Assembly: GCF_009914755.1 (NCBI RefSeq)
Contig: NC_060936.1
Length of the DNA stretch: 64,000 nt
Source of the DNA: the human T2T-CHM13v2.0 reference genome, Homo sapiens
Direction: 5' to 3' (one strand)
The notes under the pieces are model-generated. The model did not search any database. It was not told the DNA's origin and saw nothing but the letters and a program-made list of their open reading frames with translations. Positions 41,801-58,527 of the stretch are shown piece after piece. How positions within the stretch are numbered: the first letter of the stretch is position 1; every line of letters begins with the position of its first letter. The translations under genes and the position numbers were made by a program.

Positions 41801-44800
41801 ATATAATAGTATAAAACTAGAAATAAATAACAGGGGGATTTTGGAAAAGTCACAAATACATGGAAATTATAAAATTTATTGAGACAAATAAAAATTGAAA
41901 TATACCACAACAAAGCCCATAGGATATAGCAAAAGCAATTCTCAGAGGGAAGTTTATAGTAATAAACAGCTATATCAAAAAGAAGGCTCTCAACCAATCT
42001 AACATTATATTTTAAGGAGCTAGAAAAATAAGACAAAACTAAGCCCAAATTTAGTAGAAGGAAAGCAATAATAAAGATTAGAGCAGAAATAAATGAAATA
42101 GAGACTAGGAAAATAATGGAAAATATCAAAATGAAGAGTTGGTTTTTAAATTTTTATTTATTTTTTATTTTTCTGAGACTGGGTCTCACTCCCATCACCC
42201 AGACTGGAGTGGCATGATCATGATCACAGCTCATTGCAGCCTTGACTTCAGGTGATTCTCCCATCTCAGCCTCATGAGTAGCTGGGACTACAGGCACATG
42301 CCACCACGCTTGTCTAATTTTTCTGTATTTTTAGCAGAGATGAAGTTTTGCCATGTTGGCCAGGCTGGTCTCAAACTCCTGGGCTGAAGTGATCCACCTG
42401 CCTTGGGCTCCCAGAGTGCTGGGACTACAGGTGTGAGCCACTGCACCTGGCCAAGAGTGCTTTTTAAAAGATAAAATGGAAAAATCATTAGCTAGGTTGA
42501 GAAAAAAGAAGAGAAGATTCAAATAAAATCACAGATGAATAAAGATACATTACAACTGATACCACAGAAATAAAAAGGATCATTAGAGAATATTATGAAT
42601 AATAATGCCAGCAAATTAGAAAACCTAGGAGAAGTGGATAAATTTCTGTACAACCTACTAATATTGAATTACAAAGAAATAGAAAAACTAGACAGACCAA
42701 TAATGAGTAAGGAGATTGAATCAGTAATAGAAAGTCTCCCATCAAACGAAAGCCCAGGACCTGATGGCCTCAATGCTGAATTCTACAAAAATTTAAAAAA
42801 GATCTAATACCAAATTCTTTTCAAACTCTTTAGAGAAATTAAAGGGACAGACTACTTCTAAACTCATATTACAAGGCCAGCATTATCCCGATACCAACAC
42901 TAGACAAAGATTCAGCAACAACTACAAAACTACAGGCCAATATCCCTGATAAACAGAGATACAAAAATCCTCATCAAAATACTAGCAAACTGAATTCAAC
43001 TGCACATTGAAAAGATTATTCACCATGGTTAAGTTAGAATCATCCCAGGAATGTAAGGATGGTTCAACATACACAAATCAATAAATGTGATAAGTCGCAT
43101 TAACAAAATAAAGGATGAAAACCATATATATGATCACTTTGATAGATGCAGAAAAAAACATCCGACACAATTCAACATCCCTTCATAAAAATACTTAAAA
43201 CAAATTAGACATAGAAGGAATGTATCACAGAATAATGCAGAACATATATGACAAACCCACTGCTAACATCATACTGAATGGGAAAAAGTTTACAGCTTTT
43301 CTGGAACAAGACAAGGATGCCCATTCTCCACTTCTATTCAACATCATACTGAAAGTCCTGACCAGCAGAGTTAGGCAAGAGAAAGAAATAAAAGAAATCC
43401 AGATTGGAAAGGAAGAAGTTAAATTGTTCCTATTTGCAGATGACATGACATTACATATTGAAAACCCTAAAGACTCCACCAAAAAACTGTTAGAACTAAT
43501 AAATTCAGTAAAGGTGCAGGATTAGCATTTCAATATACTAACAGCGATCGATCTGAAAAAGAAATAAAGAAAACAATCCATTTACAATAGCTAAAAAGAA
43601 AATATAATACTTAGAAATAAATGTATCCAAGGAAGTGAACTATCTCTCCACACTGAAAACAATAAAACACTGATGAAAGAAATTGAAGAACACACTTATA
43701 CATGGAAAGATATACCGTGTTCATAAACTGGAAGAATTAATATTGTTAAAATGTCCATAGTACTCAAATCAATTTACAGATTCAATGCAGTTCCTATCAA
43801 AATGGCATTCTTTGAAAAAATAGAAAAAACAATCCTAAAATTTGTACAGATCCACACAAGACCCTGAAGGGTCAAAGTAATCTTGAGGAAAAGTAACAAA
43901 TCTGGAGCCATCACACTACCCGATTTCAAAATACACTCCAAAGCTACTGTAACAAAAACAGCATAACACGCTGGCATAAAAATGGACACATGGACCAATG
44001 GAACAGCAAAGAGATCCCAGAAATGAATCCAGGCACCTATGGCCAACTGATTTATGACAAAGTTGCCAAGAAAATACAATGGGGAAAGGACAATCTCTTC
44101 AATAAATAGTGCTGGGAAAACTAGACATCTATATGCAGAGGAATGAAATTAGACCTTTATCTTTCATCATATAAAAAGTAAACTCAGAATAGACAGAAGG
44201 CCCAACACTATTAGACTATCAGAAGAAAATACAGGGGAAAAGCTCCATGAAATTGGTCTGGGAAATGAATTTCTGGATATGACCTCAAAATCACAAGCAA
44301 TAAAAACAAAAATAAACAAATGGGATTATGTTGAACCAAAAGCTTCTGCAAAGGAAACAATCAACAGAGTGAAGAGGCAACCTACAGAATAAGAAAATAT
44401 ATTTGTACACCATATATCTGATAAGGGGTTAATATCCAAAATATATAAGCAACTCAAACAATTCAACAGCAAGAAAACAAATGACGTGATTAAAAAGTAG
44501 GAAAAAGACCTCAATAGACATTTCTCAAAAGAAGACATATAAATGGCCAACAAGTATATGAAAAAATGCTCAACGTTACTAATCATTAGGGAAATGCAAA
44601 TCGAAACCACCATGAGATATCATCTCACCCCTGTTAGAATGGCTATTATCTAAAGATAACAAGCATTGGCAAATATGTGGAGAAAAGAGAACCCTTGCAC
44701 ACCTTTTTGGAGAATGTAAATGAGTATAGTCATTATGGAGAACAGCATGAGGTCCCTGAAAAAATTAAAAGTATGATCCAATAATACTCCTACTGGGTGA

Positions 44801-45435
44801 ACATCCAAAGGAAATGAAATTAGTATGTTAAAGAGACATCTACACTTCCAAGTTTATTGCCGCACTATTCACAATAGCCAAGATATGGAAGCAACTCAAG
44901 TGTCCACCAGCAGATAAATGGATTTAAAAAATGTGGCGTATATACATAATATAATACTGTTTAGCCAAAAAAGGGGAAAATTCTGCCATTTGCAATGACA
45001 TGGATGAGTCTGGAGGACATTGTGTTAAGTGAAATAAGCTAGGTACAGAAAGACAAATACCGCAAGATCTCACTCATGTGGAATCTAAAAAAGCTGACCT
45101 CACAGAATAGAGAATAGAATGGTGGTTTCCAGAGGCTGAAGTAATTGGGGGTTGGGGAGATGTTGGTCAAAGAATACATATTTACAGTTAGATAGCAGGA
45201 GTAAGTTCCAGTGATCTATTGTATAGCAGGATGACTGTAGTTAATGTACTGTATTCTTAAAAAAATTCTGAGAATGACTTTTAAGTGTTCTCACCACAAA
45301 AAAACTAGGTGTGCTAACACATTTGTTAGTTAGCTCGATTGAACCATTCCACAATATTTTATACTTCAGGCATCATATTGTACATGATAAAGACATACAT
45401 TTTAATATGTCTATTTTTAAAAACAATTTTAAAAT
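38828..45435 (+). mobile_element. Near full-length decayed L1MA-type LINE (5'UTR, ORF1, ORF2, 3'UTR)
   Basis: ORF1-like ~39690-40620; ORF2 from ~41117 with RT motif LFLFADDM (ORF 43220-43525); L1MA-type 3'UTR; degenerate TSD AAAT(C/T)ATTAGGA near 38811 and 45437; many stops and frameshifts. Confidence 0.92.
42150..42452 (-). mobile_element. AluJ nested in L1 ORF2
   Basis: cagctcattgcagccttgacttc, ctcctgggctgaagtgatcc; degenerate TSD AAGAGT...TTTTTA. Confidence 0.9.
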
Positions 45436-45634
45436 TAAATTATTAGGATAATTATCTTTATTTTTAATCTCAATTTAGTAAGTAAATATTTCTTTATGCT
45501 TTGACCCTCCTCTGGATGGCATTCTATGGATCAGACTTTTCTTGAGACAATAGAATGCTAAATAACAGTGATCATAAGTAAAACAAACCTTTACACTACT
45601 TTGTGTACAGAGGCTCAGTAAACTTAATAATTTA

Positions 45635-45825
45635 CAGAGGCAGTATATCATGCTGTTTAGGAGAGAGAAGGACCTGAATCCAATTTAGAACTTTATGCTA
45701 ACTAGCTGTGTGAGTTGTTCAACCTATTTTTTAGTTTTCTCATGGAGACAAAAATACCACCTATTTTATAGGGTTGTTGTGAAAATTGAATAGCCTGCAA
45801 TAAGTGGTAGGCATTTTTATTATTA
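45635..45825 (+). mobile_element. MIR remnant
   Basis: gaggcagtatatcatg...actagctgtgtga...atagggttgttgtgaaaattgaat. Confidence 0.6.
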
Positions 45826-46489
45826 ATTATTCACATATATGGCAATAAGCTGATACTGATTCTTAGAATATAAAGCTAAAAGTAGATGTCAGCAAAGTTA
45901 TAAAATCCAAGGACAATGTGAGTTGGAAAAGATTATATATAGAAGGGACAAAACTGCCTCATATTTTCCTTAAATGGTCTCATATTTCTCCTTTTTTTCC
46001 ACTCCCACAGTTAGCTAAATACCTGCCACCTTATACCTCAATCAGATGATTTATAGCTATAATAATTATTTCTAAATTTTATTCATTTGTCTTATCTTAT
46101 CACCCTAAAATATATTTTTGTTGTATCATTCTCTCTACTGAAAATCCATACATCATTTCCTATCTGACTTTCTGTTGGAGAGCATATTTCTTGGGATAGT
46201 AGTAAAAGCTCTCGGGATCAGACTGCAATCTCCAATTATAATTGTGCTTCTTATGATCTTCCATATAAACACCCTACTTCATTTGGCTTGCAGCTTTAAT
46301 ATGCCAACTGCATTCTTCTCTCAGCCCTACAACAAACATCTAATACCTTATATTGTTCTCTTGCTTGACATTTTTTCCCTTTCCTCTTCCTCTAACAAAA
46401 TTCTATCCATCTTCTAATACTCATATCTTTTGCATTATTTCCTGATGAACTACATGCTAAAATAATAAAGTGAGTGTGAGCAGGGACTG

Positions 46490-46989
46490 CGAATATGATA
46501 GTCACCTCCTTAGTTAGATTCTATTGTGTGCAAATATTCCTGTGATAATATTATATTAGTTAAGACTCCTTAACAGACTGGCATGAGAGATTTGAAGCAA
46601 GAGAAGTGCTTTCCCTACTGGCCTTGAAAAAGTAAATTACCATGTTATAGAGAGGACTATGTGGCAGGAAACCGAGGGTGGCCTCTAGAATGTGAGATCG
46701 GCCTCTAGAATGTGAGATCAGCCTCTGGCTGACAGTCAGTAAGAAAGTCCTACAACCACAAGGAATAGAATTCTGCTAACAATCATTGAACTCACAAAAA
46801 GACCTTGAGCCTCAGATGATAACAGAGTCCCAGCTGACATCTTGATTTCAGGCTTATAAGACTCTGTGCAGACAACTCAGCTAAAACATACCAAATTCCT
46901 GACCCATAGAAGGTGTGAGATAGTAAACTGTGTTGGTTTAAGCCAAAAATTAGTGGTAATTTGGTACACAGCAATAGAAAGCTAATACA
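46490..46989 (+). mobile_element. MaLR LTR (MLT1E/F-like), with an internal 20-bp tandem duplication at 46680-46719
   Basis: 3' end ttaagcc...gtggtaatttggtacacagcaatagaaagctaataca; the 5' boundary is approximate. Confidence 0.85.
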
Positions 46990-50040
<3,051 letters not shown>

Positions 50041-50444
50041 CGAAAACACTAACCTAGTGGGTTATGGAAGGCTCTCCAGGCCATGGTTGTAAGATCTGAA
50101 GTTTAGTTCCTGGAAGTACAAAGAGCTAGCCCTTTGACTCTTCTGTATATTTTTCTGTGTGTAACTTGGGGATGATTCCTGTTAAGGAACCATGTGGAGG
50201 AGCAGATCAACTAAGAGTATTATGAAATAAAAACTTTATTCTAGGGATCAGACTCCACACAATTGTGAGAGCAGCTAGGAAAGTTCTGGTCCAGAAGGGA
50301 GAATTGGAAAATCACTTAAGTCACTAAACATTCCTCCTAAAGCAATGGCAGCAGTGGACCTCTTTTAGTGATAACAAGGACCAGAGAGAACAACTTGTTC
50401 TTCATCTTGTATCAATAAAAATTTCCCTGAGACAATAGGTTTAG

Positions 50445-51055
50445 ATTTATAAAAAGCAACATAATTGAAGTATGATTAAATACAATAAAATACACCCATT
50501 TTAGTCTACAGTTTGGTGACTTTTGCCAAATATATACACTTGAGTAACTACCACCACAGTCAAGATATAAAACATTTCTATCACCCTAAAAAGTTCTCTT
50601 CTTTTCCTTTGCACTTGATAATTCCCCACTCTTGGGCTGAGACAACTGTAGTCTTTCAGTCACTACAAACTATATTTCCCACATTTTAGAATTTCACATT
50701 TGTGGAATCATACACTATGCTGTTTTGTAAGTGACTTCTTACACCCATCATGTTTTCAGAATCTTCCTTGTTGCTTTTATCCGTAGTTCACCACTTTTCA
50801 TTGCTTAGTATTATTATACTGTATGGACCACAAATGTAATATAATTAGTTTGTTAATTTATTAATTTAGTTTATTAATTCAGCATTTGAAATTATTCTAG
50901 CAAGGTAACTTTTAAAAATTCCTTGTGATTTCTACATATACCATCATTCAAATACTTTTTACCACTTCCTTTCTAATATTTAAGGCTTTAATTCATTTTT
51001 CTTGCCTTTTTGCACTGACTAGAACCTCCAGTACATTTCTGAATAAAAATGGTGT
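50445..51055 (-). mobile_element. Old L1MC/L1ME fragments
   Basis: aattgaagtatgattaaatacaataaaatacacccatttt...gtggaatcatacactatg; ttcttgccttttt gcactgactagaacctccagtaca. Confidence 0.7.
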
Positions 51056-51059
51056 CCAG

Positions 51060-52050
51060 TTTTACAACTGCTTGTGGTAGAAGGGTAAATCTGGTGTGTA
51101 TTACTTTGTCATAGGCCCTTGAATTTTTGTAGGATTTATGCCCCATCTTCTAGTATGTATATATCTTACCAAGGTTTCTTGAGTAATTACTGTATTTTAC
51201 TCAACACATTCAATCAGCATGATATCCTCAGTGTATTTGCACAGCGTTTGTTCTGTGGAATGGAGATACGACCAACGTCCTTTGGATTAAGATTGGATAT
51301 TGAGAGTTAATATAACCTTGAACAGTGGTAAAATAGTGAATGTCTATTGGTGCTCCTTCAAGTTGAAAGCACAAAGCTTTTGGTGGTTTTTACTAACAGG
51401 CTAAATAACAACCACAAAACATTTACTAGATTAATAACCATGCAAGGTACCAGCAGAGATGTGTTGATTTGTTCCAGTAAAAAAACCACATCTGTCATCT
51501 GTAAGAGCAACTGTGATTTGACTCACCATCTTATTGAATTTATGATCATACACTGTCACTTTCCAGAATCTGTCTGTCTTATGCTCAGAATTAAAAGGTT
51601 ATTTGAACAGGGCTGTGTTAGGTATCACCACTTCTCCATCATTTAATTCCTTGATTATGTCATTAATCTCTATAGTCCTTTCAGGACTGTTGTATTACTT
51701 TGGGTTTAATATTTTGGTAGGTGGAGGAGATTTGGGGGATTTCCACTTGTTCTTTCTTATCACAATAGTTCTTATTCCATAGGTCAAAAAACCAATATAG
51801 GGAGTCTGCCAGTTGTTGAGTATGTATATTTCAATGATACCTTCTGGAATTTGAAAATAAACATGAGATAGTATTGGAGCTCCATTGGTCTATAGTGAGA
51901 CAGCTCTGGTCCAAAATTACATTGATCACCCAAACTCCATTACTGCCTACTCTGACTGTTGAGCTACAGTGACTTTGAGTCTCAGGAATTAGTGTGAGTT
52001 CACAATCAGTGTCCAATAATTTCCACTAAATCTGGTTACTTTCATTTCTT
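51060..52050 (-). pseudogene. Decayed ERVL (class III ERV) protease / reverse transcriptase segment
   Basis: Minus-strand peptides LLDTDCELTLIP...VRVGSNG..VINVIL (cf. ERVL LLDTGSELTLIP), LLEQINTS (~51455-51480) and EDIMLI (~51212-51230, degenerate YxDD region). Confidence 0.85.
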
Positions 52051-52227
52051 CAATGCACAGTCATGATGATAAATGCCTATAGTCCTTTTGAGAAAGAATA
52101 ATTACGATATAAATTATTGGCAGTATATCAGGCTGAATGCTGGCTTCTACTAGAGGCATGGAACATCTCCAGGCTATCTTTATCTCTGATGTGTTTATAC
52201 CTATAGTGATATTTCTATGTACCTCAT

Positions 52228-52628
52228 GGATATGGTTTGAATAACTGTCCCCTCCAAATCTCATGTTGAAATTTCATCCCCATTGTTGGAGGTGGGGCCT
52301 AGTAGGAGGTGTTTGGGCAATGGGGGCTGGTCCTTCATGAACAAGTTGGTGCTGCCCTCATAGTAATGAATGAATTCTCACCTTATTAGTTACCAAAATA
52401 TTTGATTGTTAAAAGGAGCCTTGCACCTCCTCCTGTCTCTCTTGCTTTCTTCCACTTGCCATGTGATACTGGCTCCCCTAAGCCTTCCCCAAAGCCCCCA
52501 CTGGAAGCAGATGCTGGCATCATGCTTCTTGTACAACCTGCAGAACCATGAACCAAATAAACCCCTTTTCCTTACAAATTATCCTGTCTTAGGTATTCCT
52601 TTATATCAACGCAAAACAGATGAATACA
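52228..52628 (+). mobile_element. MaLR solo LTR (MSTB-like)
   Basis: gatatggtttg...tcccctccaaatctcatgttgaaa...cctgcagaaccatgaaccaaataaacc...aaacagatgaataca. Confidence 0.9.
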
Positions 52629-52818
52629 CCCACCCTAACCAAGCTTCTTTTTCAAGGTGAGAGAGAGTGGTGAAATGCAATTATATGAGTTTGAACTCTT
52701 CAATTTTCATCATCATTTCTTCTCCTCATAATCCTGCAAGCTGGATGATACTGGATTTCTACTTTGTTTTCCTCTATAAAATGGACTTTTCTTACATCAT
52801 ATCCATCTATAGGTGGCT

Positions 52819-53356
52819 TAAGGGAAGAACAACTTTTTCTCCTAGGCTCGGCAACTGGGGTCCTTCAAATTAAACCGACAAATGACAGATTAACAGAAGA
52901 GTTGATTATGTCTATACAGAGGCCTTCATGGAAAAGAGGTAAAGACTCAAAGAAGGGGTTAGACCAATGAGTTTATATGTCATTTTAACAAATCAATACA
53001 TTCTGGAGAAGAAACCAGACAAAGGAAGGGAGAGGGTTTGGCTTCTAGGGCCAGTAAATTGTGGAAAGGTAAATACATGGGGAGAAAGAGTGGAAGATAA
53101 GGGTTGTTCAGTAGGGTTTGTTATGCATACTCTACGTACTCAAACTGGTGCCTTCTCCACTGATGTGAGTCCTCTTCCTCTTCCTGGTATGGGAGAGGGA
53201 GACACTTTTATAAATGAAAATTTGTCCCCTGCTTTTATACTGAAAGGGGAGGGTTGAAAGCTTTTCCTGCATCAGTTTTTCTCAACTAACTCCAGCTCAG
53301 AATAATCCTTATACCAAAGTGGCGTATTTCAAAGAAGCACCCTTTAATCCCCTTCA
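52819..53356 (-). mobile_element. ERV1 solo LTR (MER31/MER67-like)
   Basis: aaatgacagattaacagaag...cagctcagaataatccttataccaaagtggcgtatt...atccccttca; subfamily uncertain. Confidence 0.7.
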
Positions 53357-54724
53357 GTAGCATCTATCATTCTCCTCTTCCTAATACATAAAGATTGATG
53401 GGAAACTATGCTGATAAGCTTACTTAATAGGAAAGAAACAAAAATATTATTCTATTACAGCTTTATTAAGGCATTTATTATGCTTTATTTTGATTTTACA
53501 AGTTCACAATTCACAAGTTCTTAAGAGCAAGGACTTGTTATTTCATCCTAGTATCTACACCTATTGTAATTTTGTCACACAATAGACACGAATTAAATTT
53601 TGTTGATTGCAGACCATGAATGCATGAGTGCAATTGTAAACTAGTGTTACTGTCAGTAAAAAGCCTGAGTTCTAATTGTAAAATTATGCTGATTCTCCTG
53701 GGTTGGTAGTGACTTTGAGCCATTGAGTTTTAACGTTTTTTTCTAAGGAACTAACCATTTCAGGAATCCTTCAATATGGGCTAAGAAAAAAAGTCTTGAT
53801 ACACTGAAACTAATTATGTGAAGAAAGAGTTGCCAGAGTTATTAAAACAGAAGTAGCCTGACATCCCCAGCTTTTGAGAAACAGAACTTGGAGTTAACAC
53901 TAATAGTTTTAATGATTCCATGTTTGAAGTCTGAAGTTCTGTGAATGATTCACCTTAAGCATATTTAAATTTATTAACCCCTTTGCTTCTGGCAATTTAT
54001 TTTTGGAAACGTCTTCCTTATGATTCAGTTGAGGAGTCTGGGAAGCAAGTATACAGCCAGGGCAGAGTTGCAGAATCCCAAGGGAAATGAATGTAAGAAA
54101 GAACTGAGTTCCTCTCCTGTGCCTGTTTCCCACTCATCCTACACATCTTCTTCTGTGGGTGGATCAATTCCTACTGAAAAAAGGATCTACAAAGTTGCTC
54201 TTTTCAGGAAAAAGAAAAGGAAGTAGGAGGAGTATGGTAAGGAATATGGTAGGGCCAGGCATAGCTTGCCTTTGCACAACTGCAAAATGTCTACCAATTG
54301 GAATATAGCATGTCCTTTCTTCATTTTAATTTAATCAGAGACAGAGGGATGAGGCACTAGCAGGAACAAGCTCCAGGTTTCCCTCTTTTTATCCTACTTC
54401 AGTTTTTCCTTTGTTGTACCTTACCTCAGATTTTTTTTTAACACTTCCTCTGCTTCAGAGTGTTCAGTTCTTAAGCTTCTATGATAGCAGAAAACAAGTG
54501 TGTCTTATTCACCATTTATTCCCACAGCCTTGTTAACATAAATAAAATATTAATGTACTTATTCAGTTCAAACTTTTACATGAAATATACATACGTACAT
54601 TTTTTTAAAAAAGGCAAGCAGTACAGAAGAGCATAACATGCAAGATATTTTATCCATCCTTCCTTAACCCCCTCCTGATTTCCATGTGCTCCCAAAACCA
54701 CCTTAAACAATTCCTGTTTTTAAG

Positions 54725-54878
54725 ACAGGAAACAGTGCCTCATGCTTATAATCCCAACACTTTGGGAGGTTGAGACAGAAGGATCACTTGAGGCCAGGAG
54801 TTCGAGGCTGCAGTGAACCATGATCGCACCACCGTGCTCCAGTCTGGGCAACAGAGGGAGAAAAACAAAAAAACAAAA
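54725..54878 (+). mobile_element. Monomeric Alu (J-type / FAM / FRAM-like)
   Basis: Single ~140-bp arm with A-rich tail; flanking degenerate direct repeat CAATT(C/T)CTGTTTTTA near 54708 and 54887. Confidence 0.82.
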
Positions 54879-55048
54879 CCCCCCAGCAATTTCTGTTTTT
54901 AGTCATTCTAGTCATTGTTTTCATTTTCACTGATTTGTCAGTTTTATACAATATCGTTGACTCTGCAATATAAAAGATGAAAAATGTACTTCACTTATAG
55001 CATCTCTCAACTCTTTCTTCCAGGTCCCAATTTTTATAGTTATGTCAC

Positions 55049-55409
55049 TGTATTAGTTTGCTCTCACACTGGTATAAGGAACTGCCTGAGACTGGGTAAT
55101 TTATAAAGGAAAGAGGTTTAATTGGCTCACAGTTCTGCATGGCTGGGGAGTCCTCAGGAAACTTATAGTCATGGTGCAAGGTGAGGAGAAAGCAAGGCAT
55201 ATCTTACCTGGTGGCAGGAGAGAGAAAGGGGGGAACTGACAAACACTTTTAAACCATCAGATCTTGTGAGAACTCACTCACCATCAGGAGAACAGCATGG
55301 GGAAAACCACCTCATGATCCAATCACCTCCCACCAGGTCCCTCCCTTGACATGTGGGAATTACAATTCAAGATGAGATTTGGGTGGGGACACAAAGCCAA
55401 ACCGTATCA
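55049..55409 (-). mobile_element. MaLR solo LTR (THE1D/MSTA-like)
   Basis: TG...CA ends, cctgagactgggtaatttataaggaaagaggtttaattggctcacagttc; 5-bp TSD GTCAC at 55044-55048 and 55410-55414. Confidence 0.93.
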
Positions 55410-56349
55410 GTCACTATTTTTACACAATAAATGATGGTTGAATGAGTAAGTACACATTCCAGTTTTCCCTCTCATTTCTTTACCCGAACAATGGTACCCT
55501 GGTTTATAAACTACTGGAAGCCAGCCGTCCCTCTGCCCAAAAATGAAAGAGCTTTCGATGCTGAGCCATTTAGTTTTCTGTTAGTAAATCCCTCCAACAC
55601 ACTCAGTGATCTCTTTATTAATTAAAACATTATCCTTCTCAGAAACATCTGAATTTTAACAGTTCTCAAAGCCATTAACTGAAGGAAGAAGTCCTGATGC
55701 TGGAACTTTGAAACATTGAGGCTTGCTCTTTAAATCCTCCAGGATGTCCTGTAGCTTCTTAGTGAGCTGCTGATTTGGGCTGGGCAAGACTAAGACAGTG
55801 GAACTTATGCTTAGTGACTAGGGATCATCAGCTGTTTTTATTATGTCTGTCTTCTGAGGCTTTCTCTTTGGCTGTTGTTGGATGTATCAAAACAAAACAT
55901 CTCCAGGAAAAAATATCAAAGGACCTAAAATTAATGTGTTATTTCAGTTTTCTTCTAAGCCAGCAAAAGAAAGTCCCTCTCTGACTAACGTCTGATAATA
56001 CAAACCTCCCAGGCCAGCCCCTTTAACGTGCTGATTTAGGGCTCATGCCCGTTTTCCTCTCTCCTCATTTCATCTTCGTCTCTCTGATGCAATCAGCATG
56101 CTGGCCTTAGGCTCACCTCGGTTTTGTTTTATTTTTTAAGGGTGAAAGAAAAAAACTTTGGTTTCTCAAGTGGATATAAAATTAAACTCTTCTCCCCTTT
56201 TACAGCAGATTCTCTAAATCTTAGACTTTAAAAGTTTTGATTTAAATCCTGCCTTAGAGTGAGTCACAGAAAAAGAAATTCTCATCAGTTATCTACTTCG
56301 GTAGCACTGTTTGGTACTCATCTGTGGGGTCCTAGGAAAAGCATTCAAC

Positions 56350-56505
56350 TCAGATTGAAAAATCTTGCTTGAGTCCTTGATGTACTATCTGCTTGCTGTG
56401 TGACTACGGGTAAGTCATCACAACTCTCTGAGCCAAGTTATCTCAACTAAAAATTGAAGATAGTAACACAGTACTTAGCTCACAGGGCTGTTGTATTGGT
56501 GCATT
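56350..56505 (+). mobile_element. MIR remnant
   Basis: ttgctgtgtgactacgggtaagtcatcacaactctctgagcc...ctcacagggctgttgt. Confidence 0.65.
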
Positions 56506-56524
56506 TAAGTCAATAAACTTAACT

Positions 56525-57347
56525 CAGCTCAAACTTAACATGTCTAAAATCAAATTTTTGATCTTGTTTTCCAATCCTTCTTCACCTCCAGTCTTTCCTA
56601 TCTCAGTTGATTGCAACTCCAATCTTTCAGTTCCTCATGTAATGCTTCACATGGTCTTCCTCTCTCACACCAGATCCATCACCTCTCACTAGATTGCTGC
56701 AGTGGCCACCTAACTGGTCTCCATATTTTCACCCTTGCCTCTCTAGAGTCTATTCTCAATACTTCAGGCAGATCAAACCCAATCACATTACTCCTCCATG
56801 CAGGCTCAGCCTTGGTTTCTTGTTAGAGCTGATATCAAACTGGCTCACACTGAAACTAGGGTGTGAGTAGTGAAATCCCTTTGTCTCCTTTGGTAAATAT
56901 CTTTTCCCAGTTTCCTTCCATTGAAATTTCCCTAAAATCCATCAGGGGGTGACTCCGCTATTCACTAACTCAAGCAGTAATGCTTGGCACTTCAGGGGGC
57001 CTCTAGGATGCTGCTTCTGAGTGTCCGTCTGATTAGCTCTTTTAGCTTCTATAGCTATCTACTCAAGGGTCACCTTTTCAACAAGGCACTTTCTGACTGC
57101 CTTATTTACAATGGAAACTCTTCCCTATTCCCCACTGGGAATCATTGCCCTCCATTGCAGTATCTCCATCTGACAGACTGTAGACTTCACCTGTGTGTTC
57201 GTCTATTGTCTGTCTCCCTTCTCTGCATCAACTAGAATACAAGTGACCTGAGAAGGAAATTTGTCTGTTCTGTTTACTCTTTTACCCCTAGTGCCTAGAA
57301 CAGAGGTCCATAGCAAGCCCTCAATAAATATTAGTTGGATGAGTGAA
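56525..57347 (+). mobile_element. L2 (L2a-like) 3' region, fragmented
   Basis: ctcaaacttaacatgtctaaa...cctaactggtctcc...ctagtgcctagaacag...ctcaataaatattagttggatgagtgaa. Confidence 0.8.
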
Positions 57348-58527
57348 CTACTCACTGCCCAGTTTTCCCATTTGAATAATAAAAAAAACTACACCCCAGA
57401 TAAATTGTGGAAATTAAATCATTGATGTGAAAGCACCTTGTGAGATATAAGTCCCTTAATAAAGATCAGTTGTCATCAGCCTCCCCTCATTGATAAACAT
57501 TTGTGGACCACAGGCACCATTCTCCAACACTACTGCCAAGATAGTCTCCATGTTTGAAGGGACTCTCTGAATATTCTGTCCTGGTGTCCTGGGTGCTATA
57601 GGTCTGAGTGGCCCATGATACTGCTTGTGCCCTGAATCCTGAGTGGATCACAGAGACTTCTTAAGGTAACCAGGACAAGGAGTGTGGGTCAGTAGTCATG
57701 AGGAGTGTGTGATGCATTCTTGCTATCCCTTCAGTGCTTCTTCTGTGGGCATATACATGGGCAGAGCTGGCATCAGCATTCATTTGTGCTGCAGTACTTG
57801 CATCAATAAGCCATTTAAATGGGAAGACACCACAAAAGAGGAAGAAGTAGACACCTGCTTTATTCTCCGTGTCTGGGAAGCAAAGTCCAACAGTAATGAT
57901 AGGTTCGGCATATGGTAATGTCTACATAACTTCACAAGGATGTTTTTAAAATTTAAAGATTTGCTCTAGGAGATCATCTGGAGACATGGCTAAGTAAGGG
58001 TCACAGGAAAGGCAAGAAAAAACATGCAGTGAGCTTTGGAGAAAAAAATACAAGCCTACTGAATCCCCATACAACAGTTCCCACTGAACTTGGTGATCAA
58101 TTCTCACTTCTTAACAAACAAACACAGAGTGAAGTGTACTATATATTTGGAGCCTAGACTGTAGCCCTTGCCATCAAGTTAAAGCTACTCAAGATCTTTG
58201 AACACATGTCATCCATCCCACTGAAGGCGCCTTCCTCCTCTGGTGCCTCACACCCTGTACCTCACTACCTTGTACACTTGTTTATTTGAGATGGGCATTC
58301 TTTAGCCAGTAATAAGATGAATGGTTGATGCTACAAGGATAGGAGTGTTTAGATTTGCACAGTGATACATAGCTTTAAGTTAGTGGAAAATAATTTTGGC
58401 AAGCAGATCCGTCTCCAGGTCATAAAAATATTTCTCTCTAGTATTTTGTTCTGACAGCTCAAGCAAATATAATATGAGAATACTACCTGTGGCTTGTCTT
58501 TTTTTTTCTTTCGGTTTCTAATGCTGA

